Below, in pieces: positions 30,284 to 40,093 of a stretch of 59,189 bases of DNA. The stretch is taken from the IMG/VR virus record IMGVR_UViG_3300044984_002334, positions 1 through 59,189 of that record; one strand, given 5' to 3'. The position numbers and the translations under genes were made by a program. The DNA is from a virus. Its lineage: Duplodnaviria > Caudoviricetes. The notes beneath the pieces are model-generated. The model saw only the letters and a list, made by a program, of their open reading frames with translations. It was not told the origin of the DNA and searched no databases. The stretch's first letter is position 1. Every line of letters starts with the position of its first letter.

Positions 30284-33200
30284 AATTAGTAGTTATTAAA
30301 TCTGTTGTTAATTTTATATTCATTGGGTTAGTAAAAAAGAAGCGAAGCCCTAAGTAATAATCTCGTAATCGTGCTTGCTCAAACTCTGAGGTAAAAGGAT
30401 CTATATTTGAAATGTTTACTACTTTATCTATATAAGGAGTGTTTTTTACATCGTCCCACGAATAGGACCATATAGGATTGTTCTTATCTATCACTAAGTC
30501 ACGGAGATCGTTGATTCGATACAAATTATCTATCTTAGATACATAAGCATTAGAAGTATTAGATATTGAAAAAGCTTCTGCTAATGTAAGATCCTTATAT
30601 CCAGTAGATTGGTAATCATTGTAGCCAATGAGGCCGGAGAAGGTAGCCGGATAATTTTTATAAGTAAGTTTGTTGCCATCGTACAGTTTAGCTTTTGAAG
30701 AATAATAAATAGAAGAAAACACCTTAGCATTTATTGGATCATGCTTAGCAATTATATCTACAATGTGTGGATACTTAATCCCATAGAATGTTTGAAAATT
30801 TCCAGTATTGTGTTTATAAATTCCATTAGAATAAAACGTGTTGTAATCATTCATCATATAATAAGGCGAGTAAGAATGGAAAGATACCCAAGAATTTGTA
30901 ATGAATGAATACGAGATAGTGAAAGAATGATCTTCAAAATAAAGTGAATTATCTAAAAATACTTCAGTAGGAGTGCCGGATGAATTATTGTAATAGAATT
31001 TCTCACCATCACTCCAGAGTGTAAGCGGAGTAATTATTGAGGTAGTAGTAGAAGTCTGGAATAAAGACACATACTTACTAGCAATCTTATAATCTTTTTT
31101 GTGAACAATTACTCTTTTAAATCGAGGGTCGTATGCCATAGTATAACCAATAGTATGAATAGGACTATACGGAGTGTAACTATAACCAGTAAGTTCTTTG
31201 ACTTGTGTTTTTAATTTAAAGCTTCCATTTTCTTCCCAAAAGTTTCTCATTGATTGCAACGCAAGATCATTAATGTTAGAAGTAAGCAAGAATGGGCGAC
31301 CTGAGAGAGAGTCAATATAGAAAAGCCCAAACTCTGTTTGTACGCGATCTTTAAAAGCTTGTATACCACCAAGTGCGAAGTCAGGTGATTTAAGAGACTT
31401 AAAAGGAAGAGAAAGAATATCTCCTGTTCCTAAGTAAGTAGTGTTTCCTGATGCTTGGATTGTCTGTGGGCGAAGAAAAGCTTTATATAGTGTTTGCGGA
31501 GTTCCTACATATGCCTCATCAAAAGCAATAAATAAATCTGTTATACCACCTGTAACGGCTGGGATATCTCGATAGTTGTTTATTTTAAATTGCCTTAATA
31601 AGTCAGTTACATTTTCTGTATTATCTTCTTGAGAATATGCGATTCTAAATGGTGTGTCTTCTATGCAAAGATTACAAAAATCGTAAGTTGCATCCATAGG
31701 AAAGTATGGTCGATCTGATAAAATATTAGAATACTTTTTATCTAATACATAACTTTCTGGATAAAACAATGGAAACGATGCTTCTAATTCATAATACTTT
31801 GTAGGAACATATTTACGTATAATTCTATAATCATGTCCAGTAAAGTTAATATACTTATACTTACCTTCATTATTAGTAGATCTGGCTTCTATGTTTAAAC
31901 GATAGTCAAACTTACCAGTTACAAAATCAGCCCATGTATCAAATGCAGTTGGAGGAGAGCCATCAGGAGTCCAATAGTTTTCTATTGTATCAAAAAAAAC
32001 GCCATAAGCATTTCCACCGTTAAGTGTTACAGGGGATTCCGTAAAGTTAGGAGTTGCACATAATCTTTTGTACGTAATAATATTCAAGTCTGTAAATACT
32101 TCTTTTGTTGTTTTCAGTGAAGCTAAAATAGTCACACCGTTAAAATTAGCCGGGTAAGGCAATCCAGGAGATGCAGGTGTAGAAAGTCCTTCTAATTGCG
32201 CTGCTAACTTAAATACGTTTATATTATGATTCTTAGATCTATTTTGAATAGCTATGTTAGGAGCTGGTAATACTTGAGATACCGCATTAGACTGGTCTGT
32301 AAAGTCTGCTGGTGTATTAGAATCATTTGCAGCTATAGAACGATCCAAGTAATAAGAATCTAATATGTTATAATTTAATCTTGTAAGCGGTCGACCGTAA
32401 ACTGTATAATTATTAATATAACTAGTAATAGTCATATCAGCATCATAAGTAGTTTCATGGAATGTAGATCCTATCTCAGTTCTAGGAGCAACTGGATCTA
32501 AGAATATTTTATCAATAGATACATACGTCCCTTCTAATTTCTTAGAGTTGTACACTCCTTCTGGAGAAATAAACGCATAATAAGGAACTGGGCCAATATC
32601 CCAATAATCTCCATCTGGAGATGGGCTACCTGATAAACTAGTTTGAAAATTAATGCCGTCCATTTCTGTATAATTGTAAAGATATACATCTTCAAGATTA
32701 GATTGCTTGACAGCTACGTCACGTGTTAATAACCGAAGATAACCTTTATCAACTATTGTGGACTCTCCTTCCCCTATTACAATAGAGTAAGCTAGTGCAT
32801 TTTCTGGCAACTCTACATTGTCTAATTCTAAGAGTATATCATAATGCAAGTTTGCTGATTTATTTGCAGAAGCTGCTACGAATAAAAAGTTTGGCGGTAT
32901 TTTATGGTGACGTATAGGAGTACTGTCTACAGGAGTTCCCCAATAATCTAGTCCCCAATAAGAAGCCCCATCACAAGCTATCTTAGAAGGATATGTTTGT
33001 GATACTTCATAATAACCTAAATGCCCTTTAGAAAGAGAAGTAGTAGATCCTGGAGCTATAGATGCAGTATTAAACACTTGCCATCTTTTATTACCTGCTA
33101 CTGCATTAACATTTGAAATCGTATCTGTATCCCAATTAGTTACACCCGTCACATAAGGATTAGTGTGCGTGTTTGGAACAATATTAGCTTTACGTCCAGG

Positions 33201-34391
33201 TATGTGATATACTGGAGAATCAGTACCATTATCAAAGTGATATACAATTCCAAGAGCTACCACATCATCTTTAAGAAAATTAGTAGGTAGTACATATGTG
33301 TTAGGTTTCAAACCTTCTCTAGAATTATTTGGCGTCATCTTATACGTAACTAATAACTTAGTTGCTAGTCTTTGATACAAAGAATAATCACGAGTTGTAT
33401 AAGATAAGTTTCCTAAATAGAGTCGATCTTTATCTATAATATGAGAGTTAACTTTCTCAATCTTTAAACGGTCAATGAGTATTTCATCTATCTCTGTAGA
33501 ATAATCTATATTCTCACCAGTATCTAAATAGTTATTAGTAGCTTTACGTTCAATTGGCAAAGTAATATCAACTCCAGTAATTGTATCTGCAATACCTTCT
33601 TTCTTTACAATAGCTAACCTGTAATAAGGAAAAGAAGTATCAATGTTTTCGATACTTAGTTGAATAGCTTTATTAGAAGGACTTCTGTAATATGGAGAGG
33701 AAATTTCATTATCTTGGCCATGTCTGTTTTCAAAACTGATAGGTATGTAATTAGTAAGTGGTATCCATCTATTAATAGGATTCCTGTCTACATCAAGATG
33801 TTGGAAGTAATAAGATCTTGCTCCATACGGTAGTGAACCTTTTCCATCTACAACAAAAGTATTACCTAAACTAATGGCTGGATAAGAGTGATCTGGAGTA
33901 ATTGAAATCTTAGTTATATCTGTGATTGCTTTAGTAGTTGGATTTACCCAAGCTCTAGTATCAGTAATGTTGATAACCCGATAAGGATTAGCGTTATCAG
34001 TAAAGTAAATAATTCGATCACAACCATTACGTACTCTGAATAACGCATTAACAGGATTGTAAAAATTAAGATCAGGAGATTTTGCAATTAATGAATAAGT
34101 GCACGCAGTAGGATTAAATATACCTATCTGGTGATCTGGTCTAACTGGTGCTGGATCATACAGGAACACAACAATATCTTCTGTATCAGTTAGTGTATGT
34201 CCTATGATCTTTAATCCTGATGGAAAATTAGTTGCACAGATTGCATTTCCAAGTTCATTAGAAATGCTTCCAAGTTCTCCTTCTGTAGTCTCGAGTACTG
34301 CGTTAAGTGCGTAACGATATGTTCCATCAGGCTGGTATTTGGGATCAATATCTTGATTCATCCCTAACCTCATATTATTAGAAATTTGCAT
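30264..34391 (-). CDS. Tail muzzle / stabilization protein (crAss-type)
   Basis: N-terminal GMNQDIDPKYQPDGTYRYALN, IYFTDN.NP.R.IN, RLYLGNL, FTISYS...WVSFHSY and C-terminal RLRDYY; size and position typical. Confidence 0.8.
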   Translation of the reverse strand: MQISNNMRLGMNQDIDPKYQPDGTYRYALNAVLETTEGELGSISNELGNAICATNFPSGLKIIGHTLTDTEDIVVFLYDPAPVRPDHQIGIFNPTACTYSLIAKSPDLNFYNPVNALFRVRNGCDRIIYFTDNANPYRVINITDTRAWVNPTTKAITDITKISITPDHSYPAISLGNTFVVDGKGSLPYGARSYYFQHLDVDRNPINRWIPLTNYIPISFENRHGQDNEISSPYYRSPSNKAIQLSIENIDTSFPYYRLAIVKKEGIADTITGVDITLPIERKATNNYLDTGENIDYSTEIDEILIDRLKIEKVNSHIIDKDRLYLGNLSYTTRDYSLYQRLATKLLVTYKMTPNNSREGLKPNTYVLPTNFLKDDVVALGIVYHFDNGTDSPVYHIPGRKANIVPNTHTNPYVTGVTNWDTDTISNVNAVAGNKRWQVFNTASIAPGSTTSLSKGHLGYYEVSQTYPSKIACDGASYWGLDYWGTPVDSTPIRHHKIPPNFLFVAASANKSANLHYDILLELDNVELPENALAYSIVIGEGESTIVDKGYLRLLTRDVAVKQSNLEDVYLYNYTEMDGINFQTSLSGSPSPDGDYWDIGPVPYYAFISPEGVYNSKKLEGTYVSIDKIFLDPVAPRTEIGSTFHETTYDADMTITSYINNYTVYGRPLTRLNYNILDSYYLDRSIAANDSNTPADFTDQSNAVSQVLPAPNIAIQNRSKNHNINVFKLAAQLEGLSTPASPGLPYPANFNGVTILASLKTTKEVFTDLNIITYKRLCATPNFTESPVTLNGGNAYGVFFDTIENYWTPDGSPPTAFDTWADFVTGKFDYRLNIEARSTNNEGKYKYINFTGHDYRIIRKYVPTKYYELEASFPLFYPESYVLDKKYSNILSDRPYFPMDATYDFCNLCIEDTPFRIAYSQEDNTENVTDLLRQFKINNYRDIPAVTGGITDLFIAFDEAYVGTPQTLYKAFLRPQTIQASGNTTYLGTGDILSLPFKSLKSPDFALGGIQAFKDRVQTEFGLFYIDSLSGRPFLLTSNINDLALQSMRNFWEENGSFKLKTQVKELTGYSYTPYSPIHTIGYTMAYDPRFKRVIVHKKDYKIASKYVSLFQTSTTTSIITPLTLWSDGEKFYYNNSSGTPTEVFLDNSLYFEDHSFTISYSFITNSWVSFHSYSPYYMMNDYNTFYSNGIYKHNTGNFQTFYGIKYPHIVDIIAKHDPINAKVFSSIYYSSKAKLYDGNKLTYKNYPATFSGLIGYNDYQSTGYKDLTLAEAFSISNTSNAYVSKIDNLYRINDLRDLVIDKNNPIWSYSWDDVKNTPYIDKVVNISNIDPFTSEFEQARLRDYYLGLRFFFTNPMNIKLTTDLITTNYENRNR

Positions 34392-35085
34392 GTGATGAAG
34401 AACCTAATGAAGTAAACAAGTTATCGAATGACCTGGAACGAGGCATAAGAGAATTGTGTTGGTTTTTAATTTTTTCCATAGTAGAAAGTGAAGGCATGTT
34501 AAGATTTCCTACTGCTTTAGTAGAAAGTGTGTTCCACATATCAAGATAAAACCTCATACGACTATCTGAACCTTCTTCCATCATATTATATTTCTTTTGC
34601 CAGTACTTGTAAAGAATAAAGTTGTAAATAGCTTCCTTTAAATCTTCAGAGTCTGGTATAGTTATGTTGCCTTCTTCATCACAAGGGTAAGATCGGTATG
34701 CAACATAGATCTCTCCATCAGCAAGTGTTGTAGTCATGATAAGATTATCATCTATTGCAAAAGTGTGTCGGCACCCAGAACAGATCTTAAGATCATTGTT
34801 ACACTTGTCATTAAAAAATGGAGAAGAGTTAATTTGTAATGGGAGGTACATGCCATTGTCATAGTATGCTACCATAAGTAAGAATTTAAGATCCTCAGGA
34901 AGCACTGCTTTATGAGCATTAACTTTTAGCACAATTGCTTTATCTACAAGCAACATTTCAGCTTTTAGATTCATTAATGCTTTGAGAGCGTATTCCATAA
35001 TATCTCTTTCATTATAATATCTCTCGTCCAATCCCATGCTTACGTCGTAAACAATAGATTTTAAGGATGTATAATTAGTAATCAT
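34378..35085 (-). CDS. Tail ring / tubular protein (ring 1-like)
   Basis: YTSLKSI, HKAVLP.D, G.IYVAY...P.DEEG...IPD motifs; immediately upstream of the muzzle gene. Confidence 0.7.
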   Translation of the reverse strand: MITNYTSLKSIVYDVSMGLDERYYNERDIMEYALKALMNLKAEMLLVDKAIVLKVNAHKAVLPEDLKFLLMVAYYDNGMYLPLQINSSPFFNDKCNNDLKICSGCRHTFAIDDNLIMTTTLADGEIYVAYRSYPCDEEGNITIPDSEDLKEAIYNFILYKYWQKKYNMMEEGSDSRMRFYLDMWNTLSTKAVGNLNMPSLSTMEKIKNQHNSLMPRSRSFDNLFTSLGSSSHANF

Positions 35086-35509
35086 AGTAATTGTGTATTA
35101 CATTATTTTTTAAAATGTATTGTCCGAGTTCTCGAGCGCTATCGCGTGCAAGTTTGAATTTGAATATAGCGACTTCTGAATAATGTTGCACTTTAGGATA
35201 ACGTGTATCCCATCTACCTTGTGCTGCATATCCATGAGTATGAAGATTTTTCTTCCATCGCTTTAGTCCTTCTTTCTTCCAGAGATCCCAATCAAAATAA
35301 CCTCGACCAATAGTTTTTCTTTTATATATGCCCAAATGCCCCAGCCCGTAGGGGAGCTTATAGATTTTGTAGTCGTATATCATACTTCTTACCATAATAA
35401 AAAAGAAAGTCTTTACAATTAATACAAAATCTTTAGAAGTTATTTCGTATTTATTAGGGTAAGCTTTGAACATATCATGTTCAGCTACAAAATATTTTTT
35501 TGGGATCAT
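35075..35509 (-). CDS. IHF/HU-like DNA-binding protein (crAss-type)
   Basis: Basic 144-aa protein, YKLPYGLGHLGIYKRK...DW...NLHTHGY; lies between two ring genes as in crAss-like phages. Confidence 0.6.
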   Translation of the reverse strand: MIPKKYFVAEHDMFKAYPNKYEITSKDFVLIVKTFFFIMVRSMIYDYKIYKLPYGLGHLGIYKRKTIGRGYFDWDLWKKEGLKRWKKNLHTHGYAAQGRWDTRYPKVQHYSEVAIFKFKLARDSARELGQYILKNNVIHNYYDY

Positions 35510-36168
35510 AAATCAGAAGCGTCATTTTCTTTATCTGGTGGTAATTGGCGAGATTGTAAAAGATAATTAAGTACCATCTTGTACATAGGATCAATAAGAT
35601 CTGGGTCAATTGGAAATTCTGTATCCATTTCATCCACACAAACTCCACCATTAGTGGAATTGCAATTGATAGCTGCTATTTCAGAAGGTTTATCAAAAAG
35701 TCCATTAAGTAATATTAAAGCAAGTTCTTTATTATTTACGACATACAGATGATTATCATGAATAAACCAACCAGTTAACTTCTTTTTAGAACGTCCGTAT
35801 TTTTGAAGTTTAGATTGATTAAGAGAAATGGCTGGTAGAACTTCACCTTCCATATCCATTACTTTAATAAATGCTCCCCAACGAGTGCTGAGAAACTTAG
35901 GTATTGTAATTGTAGATTTAAGTATCTTACATATATCTGTTGGACCATCGCAACAGTTATGAAAAGAGCCTAACTCGAGTGGAACACAAAGAGATTGAAA
36001 AGTTTGTTCAGATATGTAGCGATACTTATCTGCTTTTTGCTCAGTAAGAAGTGCTCGCGTTACTTGTAAATAATGTGCTATTAAACGATTAGAGAATCCT
36101 AAGTCATCAGAAGATGGTCCTTGAGAAATAAGATTCTTAAGCGCGTAAATATGATTGCGTATTGTCAT
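35506..36168 (-). CDS. Tail ring protein (ring 2-like)
   Basis: SDD...SNRLI...R..L, Q.LCVPLE, N.HLYV, GLFDKP, EFPID...I, D..ND C-terminus; conserved position. Confidence 0.65.
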   Translation of the reverse strand: MTIRNHIYALKNLISQGPSSDDLGFSNRLIAHYLQVTRALLTEQKADKYRYISEQTFQSLCVPLELGSFHNCCDGPTDICKILKSTITIPKFLSTRWGAFIKVMDMEGEVLPAISLNQSKLQKYGRSKKKLTGWFIHDNHLYVVNNKELALILLNGLFDKPSEIAAINCNSTNGGVCVDEMDTEFPIDPDLIDPMYKMVLNYLLQSRQLPPDKENDASDL

Positions 36169-36185
36169 TTTCGAAAAAGTTTTAA

Positions 36186-36218
36186 CAAAGGTAATGTATA
36201 ACTTGGTAAGAGTACAAA
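36186..36218 (-). promoter_or_regulatory. Bacteroidota sigma70-type promoter for the ring/muzzle/cargo/RNAP operon
   Basis: Minus strand reads TTTG (36218-36215), 21-nt spacer, TACCTTTG (36193-36186), matching TTTG-N19-21-TAnnTTTG; 17 nt upstream of the ATG at 36168. Confidence 0.75.
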
Positions 36219-36260
36219 ATAAATAAGGGAGAACAGTTAGTTATAACCATTCCCCCTTAA
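36214..36260 (-). terminator. Intrinsic terminator after the DUF5675 gene
   Basis: Minus strand AAGGGGGAATGGTTA-TAAC-TAACTGTTCTCCCTT (15-bp stem with G-U pairs) followed by ATTTATTTT. Confidence 0.7.
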
Positions 36261-36264
36261 ATTA

Positions 36265-36693
36265 TCATGTAGTGATTTCAATATATATTTTCTCCTTTAA
36301 TAGTGTAGCCAGTAACAGTTTATACAACTTATTAAAGGTGCTTTTTGAGTTTATAATTTTAGACCCTACTTTATTACCTACAAGCAAGCAGCCAGATGAA
36401 TCAGCTTCAGTATTGCCAGGATGAATTCGAATTCCTTCAAACACAGGTACATTAAGTAAAAGTGGAAGAGCTCGTTTAAATCGGGGAGAGTGAGAAATGA
36501 TTACCTCATATACCCCGTAAGGAATAGCAGTTTCATGCTTTATTTTTAAAGACATTAACTGTTCTTTACTTTGCAACTTATTTAACCCTCTATCCTTATC
36601 TTCTAACACATCACAATAGAATTCGTTGTTTATATATAACTGACCTATTGTGTTTGTCTGGTTAAACTCAGTTCTTTTTAATGTTAACTCCAT
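36265..36693 (-). CDS. DUF5675-family protein, predicted L,D-peptidase-like cell-wall enzyme (candidate endolysin)
   Basis: TIG.L.......C..LED, TAIP.G.Y, SPRF, L.NVP.FEGIRIHPGN...DSSGCLLVG with the conserved H and C. Confidence 0.8.
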   Translation of the reverse strand: MELTLKRTEFNQTNTIGQLYINNEFYCDVLEDKDRGLNKLQSKEQLMSLKIKHETAIPYGVYEVIISHSPRFKRALPLLLNVPVFEGIRIHPGNTEADSSGCLLVGNKVGSKIINSKSTFNKLYKLLLATLLKEKIYIEITT

Positions 36694-37976
36694 GTGTACG
36701 TGTAATATTTAGAAACCGTACACCCATTTGCAAGTGTCGCTACAAATGTATATAAGCCTTGAGAAGTAAGATTTGCTGTATCGGTATAAGAGATATTATC
36801 ATTATCTCCATTTAACCAAGCTACTGAAACTACATTAACAGGATTGTAAACTGCTGTAACTGTATTGAAAGAACAACTATTAGTAGTTGTCCCATATAAG
36901 GTTAGAGGTATATCACCATAATTATCAATTAAAGTTATCACATTAAAATTAGAAGCTCCTCCATTTATCTTTGGACGACTTATACCATCTACTATTCCTA
37001 CAACAGTTCCACAGTTTGTGGTTATGACATTATTAGAGTAGAAATTTGTAGATGTTATACTTACAGCACTTGTATCTAATAAAGCTGTTTCTTTCCCAGT
37101 TGACGGTATAAATACATAAGCGGCACCATTAGATTTATTTACCCCAAATAATCTAGTAGTTGGGTTATGCACCATTGTAGTATTGATAGAAATTCTTCTA
37201 AAAGAAGCTCCAACGAAAACCTTATTAAAAGTTAATTTGTGCTTACCTGTAACTCCATATCTATAAATAGATACATTATTCATAAGAGTAACCATGTTAC
37301 CAGTCCAAGAAGCATTTGAGAAAACAACATCAGAAGCTGTAAGAGTAGTAAGTCCTGCTCCTGAGTAATATGGTGAGGTAGTTGGATTTAAGTCTAATTC
37401 AATTTGAGAATTTATAAAATTTCCATTTTGATCAGTTTCATAAACATACAACCTGCTAAGATACCCATTAGTAGGTAATGTAGTATTAGTATCAGTTAAC
37501 GAAAAAGAAGTTGTGCTTTTAAGCAAATTTGAGCACCCTACAACTAAACAACCTCCATTTATTTCTACTGTGGAAGGATTGCATAGAGAAGTGTTAACTA
37601 AATTTATAGCTGAGTTAAGATACTCTGAATTAGTTGTTGTATAAAATCTTGGGTAGTTACTTCCATTAGAAAGATTCTTAAGTACTAAAGTATCGGTACA
37701 AGATCCTTGGGCACGAGTAAAAGTGATATTCAATTGTTGAGAACAAGGTATTGTGGTCACATCGTCATTATAATCTAAATTATCCGCAATGTTACTCAAC
37801 TCACATTGAGTTATAGTATCAATGCAACTATTATTAGACAATAACCAATTGTAGTAACTTTCGTAAGTTGAATCAAGACAAAGATTTATAAAGTACTTTT
37901 TATTTTTATGGTACTGTAATATATCTTTAGTAAACTTAGTTGCAAGTTGCGCAAGTTGTGCATTTGAAATCATCAC
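36684..37976 (-). CDS. Tail-associated structural protein (tail-hub-B-like N-terminus with beta-rich extension)
   Basis: Cys-containing helical N-terminus followed by an S/T/N-rich beta region; follows the Cys-tailed 148-aa gene. Assignment is by gene order. Confidence 0.45.
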   Translation of the reverse strand: MMISNAQLAQLATKFTKDILQYHKNKKYFINLCLDSTYESYYNWLLSNNSCIDTITQCELSNIADNLDYNDDVTTIPCSQQLNITFTRAQGSCTDTLVLKNLSNGSNYPRFYTTTNSEYLNSAINLVNTSLCNPSTVEINGGCLVVGCSNLLKSTTSFSLTDTNTTLPTNGYLSRLYVYETDQNGNFINSQIELDLNPTTSPYYSGAGLTTLTASDVVFSNASWTGNMVTLMNNVSIYRYGVTGKHKLTFNKVFVGASFRRISINTTMVHNPTTRLFGVNKSNGAAYVFIPSTGKETALLDTSAVSITSTNFYSNNVITTNCGTVVGIVDGISRPKINGGASNFNVITLIDNYGDIPLTLYGTTTNSCSFNTVTAVYNPVNVVSVAWLNGDNDNISYTDTANLTSQGLYTFVATLANGCTVSKYYTYTWS

Positions 37977-38382
37977 AAGTAGTGTTATAAAGGTCTGTAT
38001 AGAGCGCGCACAGGTCTACACAAGAACAAGCGATACAAGAATTAGATGCAAGCAATGCTTGGTAATATAAAGTTTTTTCTAAGTCTTTAGTTTTATACCA
38101 AGTGACTGCGTCACAAATTGCCTCTCTTCCTACAAAATAGCAAACCTGCTCTACAATAATTGCACCTGTTGATGTAACGATAGTGAGTTTGAAAGAATAG
38201 ACAGAATCTACGTGCGGAGTAACTGAAGTAACGGCATACGTAGTTACATTTGTGCTGATTGTATAATTAGTGGGCACTGCTCCACAAGCATTAACTTCTA
38301 ACTTAACACTTTGATTTTCAGAGTTCATATTAGTAGAAGTTACTGTGAAGATAGTTCCGGCATTATTTAGAGTTACGACCAT
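37936..38382 (-). CDS. Putative tail hub protein (Ig-like, Cys-rich C-terminus)
   Basis: Beta-rich N-terminus, helical C-terminus ending SCIACSC...CDDFKCTTCATCN; gene order. Confidence 0.45.
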   Translation of the reverse strand: MVVTLNNAGTIFTVTSTNMNSENQSVKLEVNACGAVPTNYTISTNVTTYAVTSVTPHVDSVYSFKLTIVTSTGAIIVEQVCYFVGREAICDAVTWYKTKDLEKTLYYQALLASNSCIACSCVDLCALYTDLYNTTCDDFKCTTCATCN

Positions 38383-38833
38383 TTTTAATTTTCTTTGTTA
38401 TTAAGTACTGCGCAAGTAACGATACATATTCTATGAACTCCTCAGATTCTGTGTAAGCTCCTACGATATCTTTAATTTGTGCAACGTTATCTGTATTGTC
38501 ATCAGCCAAAACTTTAAAGATTTCTAAACGCAATCCTTCAGTACCGATCAAGATTTTAGACAAATTCTCATCTTTAATCATAAGAACTAACTGTGCAGTA
38601 GCTTCTTTTTCTAAAGTTATAAATGCTTCAGATGTAAGTGTTTGCTTTAAAATTTCTTTGATTTGCTCTTCATTATTAGGATTGCTATCAAGCAACGCAT
38701 CTGTAATTAAGCTAGCGCGATCAAATATAAGTTGAGTGGTTACAACAGCTGAAGTATTGTGTATGTGAGAAAGTATTTCGTTCTGAAATTTACCTATGCA
38801 GAACTTAAGAAGTTTTAAAAATAATTTTTTCAT
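38363..38833 (-). CDS. Hypothetical protein with internal duplication
   Basis: LLDSNPNNEEQIKEI...SEAFI versus LADDNTDNVAQIKDI...SEEFI. Confidence 0.65.
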   Translation of the reverse strand: MKKLFLKLLKFCIGKFQNEILSHIHNTSAVVTTQLIFDRASLITDALLDSNPNNEEQIKEILKQTLTSEAFITLEKEATAQLVLMIKDENLSKILIGTEGLRLEIFKVLADDNTDNVAQIKDIVGAYTESEEFIEYVSLLAQYLITKKIKNGRNSK

Positions 38834-39399
38834 TTTATGTGTGTTTTATTTATTGCAATACCACCTATTCCAACTATCTCTCCACCAACTTTACGTGGAT
38901 ACCTTATTACGTATAGATCTATTGTTTGATCTTTAATTTTAATCGTCTCTGTCAAAAATACAATTTCTTTGTGCGCTAATAAATCATTGACTTTAAAAGT
39001 TTCAGCTTCTTCTTTAGACCACAACTCTTCGTCTTTCTTACCTATGTAATCAGAAGATATTTTACCACGAGGTATAAGGAAAGCACTTTCATATGCTCGG
39101 TTTAAGGAAAGCATTGTTCCATCTCTATCTTTAATCCACATAGGAATTGGTAATTCCATATGAGCTGTTTCAAGTAAAACAAGTTTCACTTTAAATTCAT
39201 TTAGCATGTCTTCTAGATGATCTATCTTAATTTTTAAAGCTGTTTCTAAGTCTCTTAATCTTTGATTGTCATCTCTCCACAATTGTATGATAGCACTAAA
39301 ATCTTCCCTGCCTTCTTTTCGTTTTGCTAAATAAAGATTTACTATGGCTGCTAAACCCCCTCCACCTATAAATAGAAGTATATCTTTAAATACATCCAT
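38830..39399 (-). CDS. Membrane-anchored coiled-coil plus PAS-domain protein (holin-like N-terminus)
   Basis: TM ILLFIGGGGLAAIVNLYL, heptad region, then PAS_4-like LPIPMWIKDRDG.ML.LNRAYE...DYIGKKDEELW..EEA..F..ND and terminal GEIVGIGGIA strand. Confidence 0.75.
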   Translation of the reverse strand: MDVFKDILLFIGGGGLAAIVNLYLAKRKEGREDFSAIIQLWRDDNQRLRDLETALKIKIDHLEDMLNEFKVKLVLLETAHMELPIPMWIKDRDGTMLSLNRAYESAFLIPRGKISSDYIGKKDEELWSKEEAETFKVNDLLAHKEIVFLTETIKIKDQTIDLYVIRYPRKVGGEIVGIGGIAINKTHIK

Positions 39400-39400
39400 G

Positions 39401-40042
39401 TTAATTTAAAACTTTTACCGTGTAAACACCTGAAGGAATAGTGGGAGTAGTACTCGAAGTAGAATTTGCTATACGAATTGTAACTACATTTTCATTTAAA
39501 ACAAAGGCACTGATAGTCAAACCAGTTAAATAACTAGTAGTGGGTGCGGAAACGAGTACCATGCTTCCAACAGTAGCGCCAGTAACATTGATTGTTAAAT
39601 CTTTACTTGTGTTAGCAGCTATTGTTGTAAATGCTAAAGTATCACTAGCTGATAAAATAGAAGAAAATGTTTGTGAAGTTAAAGCAATAACACCGCTAGC
39701 ATCTGGAAAAGTGATTTGTTGTGTAGCTGTTAAACTACTAAATTCTAATTTAAGTTGAACACTGTTGTTACTAGCATAGTCATAAAAATTAATGTATGGT
39801 TGTCCAGTAGAAGTATTAGCAAGTTTTAATGTGTGATTTCCGCCAAAATCGAGAGTGACTGGTCCAGTAGTAAGTGCGCCTACTTGAGGATCGTAATTTC
39901 CTGCCATTGTTATGGTTTGAAAATTTAATTCTTCTGGAAAAGTTGAAATGTATTGTTTTATAATTGGAACTGCTGCAATATTTAAAGAGGTAGTGGCGTC
40001 TGAATTCCCTCTCATTATGGAAATAGGTAAATATAAACTCAT
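39401..40042 (-). CDS. Putative tail fibre/adaptor protein
   Basis: LTATQQITFPDASGVIALTS fibre-type motif and a C-terminal beta domain (TINVTGATVGSMVLVS...VTIRIAN). Confidence 0.55.
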   Translation of the reverse strand: MSLYLPISIMRGNSDATTSLNIAAVPIIKQYISTFPEELNFQTITMAGNYDPQVGALTTGPVTLDFGGNHTLKLANTSTGQPYINFYDYASNNSVQLKLEFSSLTATQQITFPDASGVIALTSQTFSSILSASDTLAFTTIAANTSKDLTINVTGATVGSMVLVSAPTTSYLTGLTISAFVLNENVVTIRIANSTSSTTPTIPSGVYTVKVLN

Positions 40043-40093
40043 CTTATTTTTGTAGTTTTTACCAGAAAAAGCTGGTCAATTTGTATTTCATAT

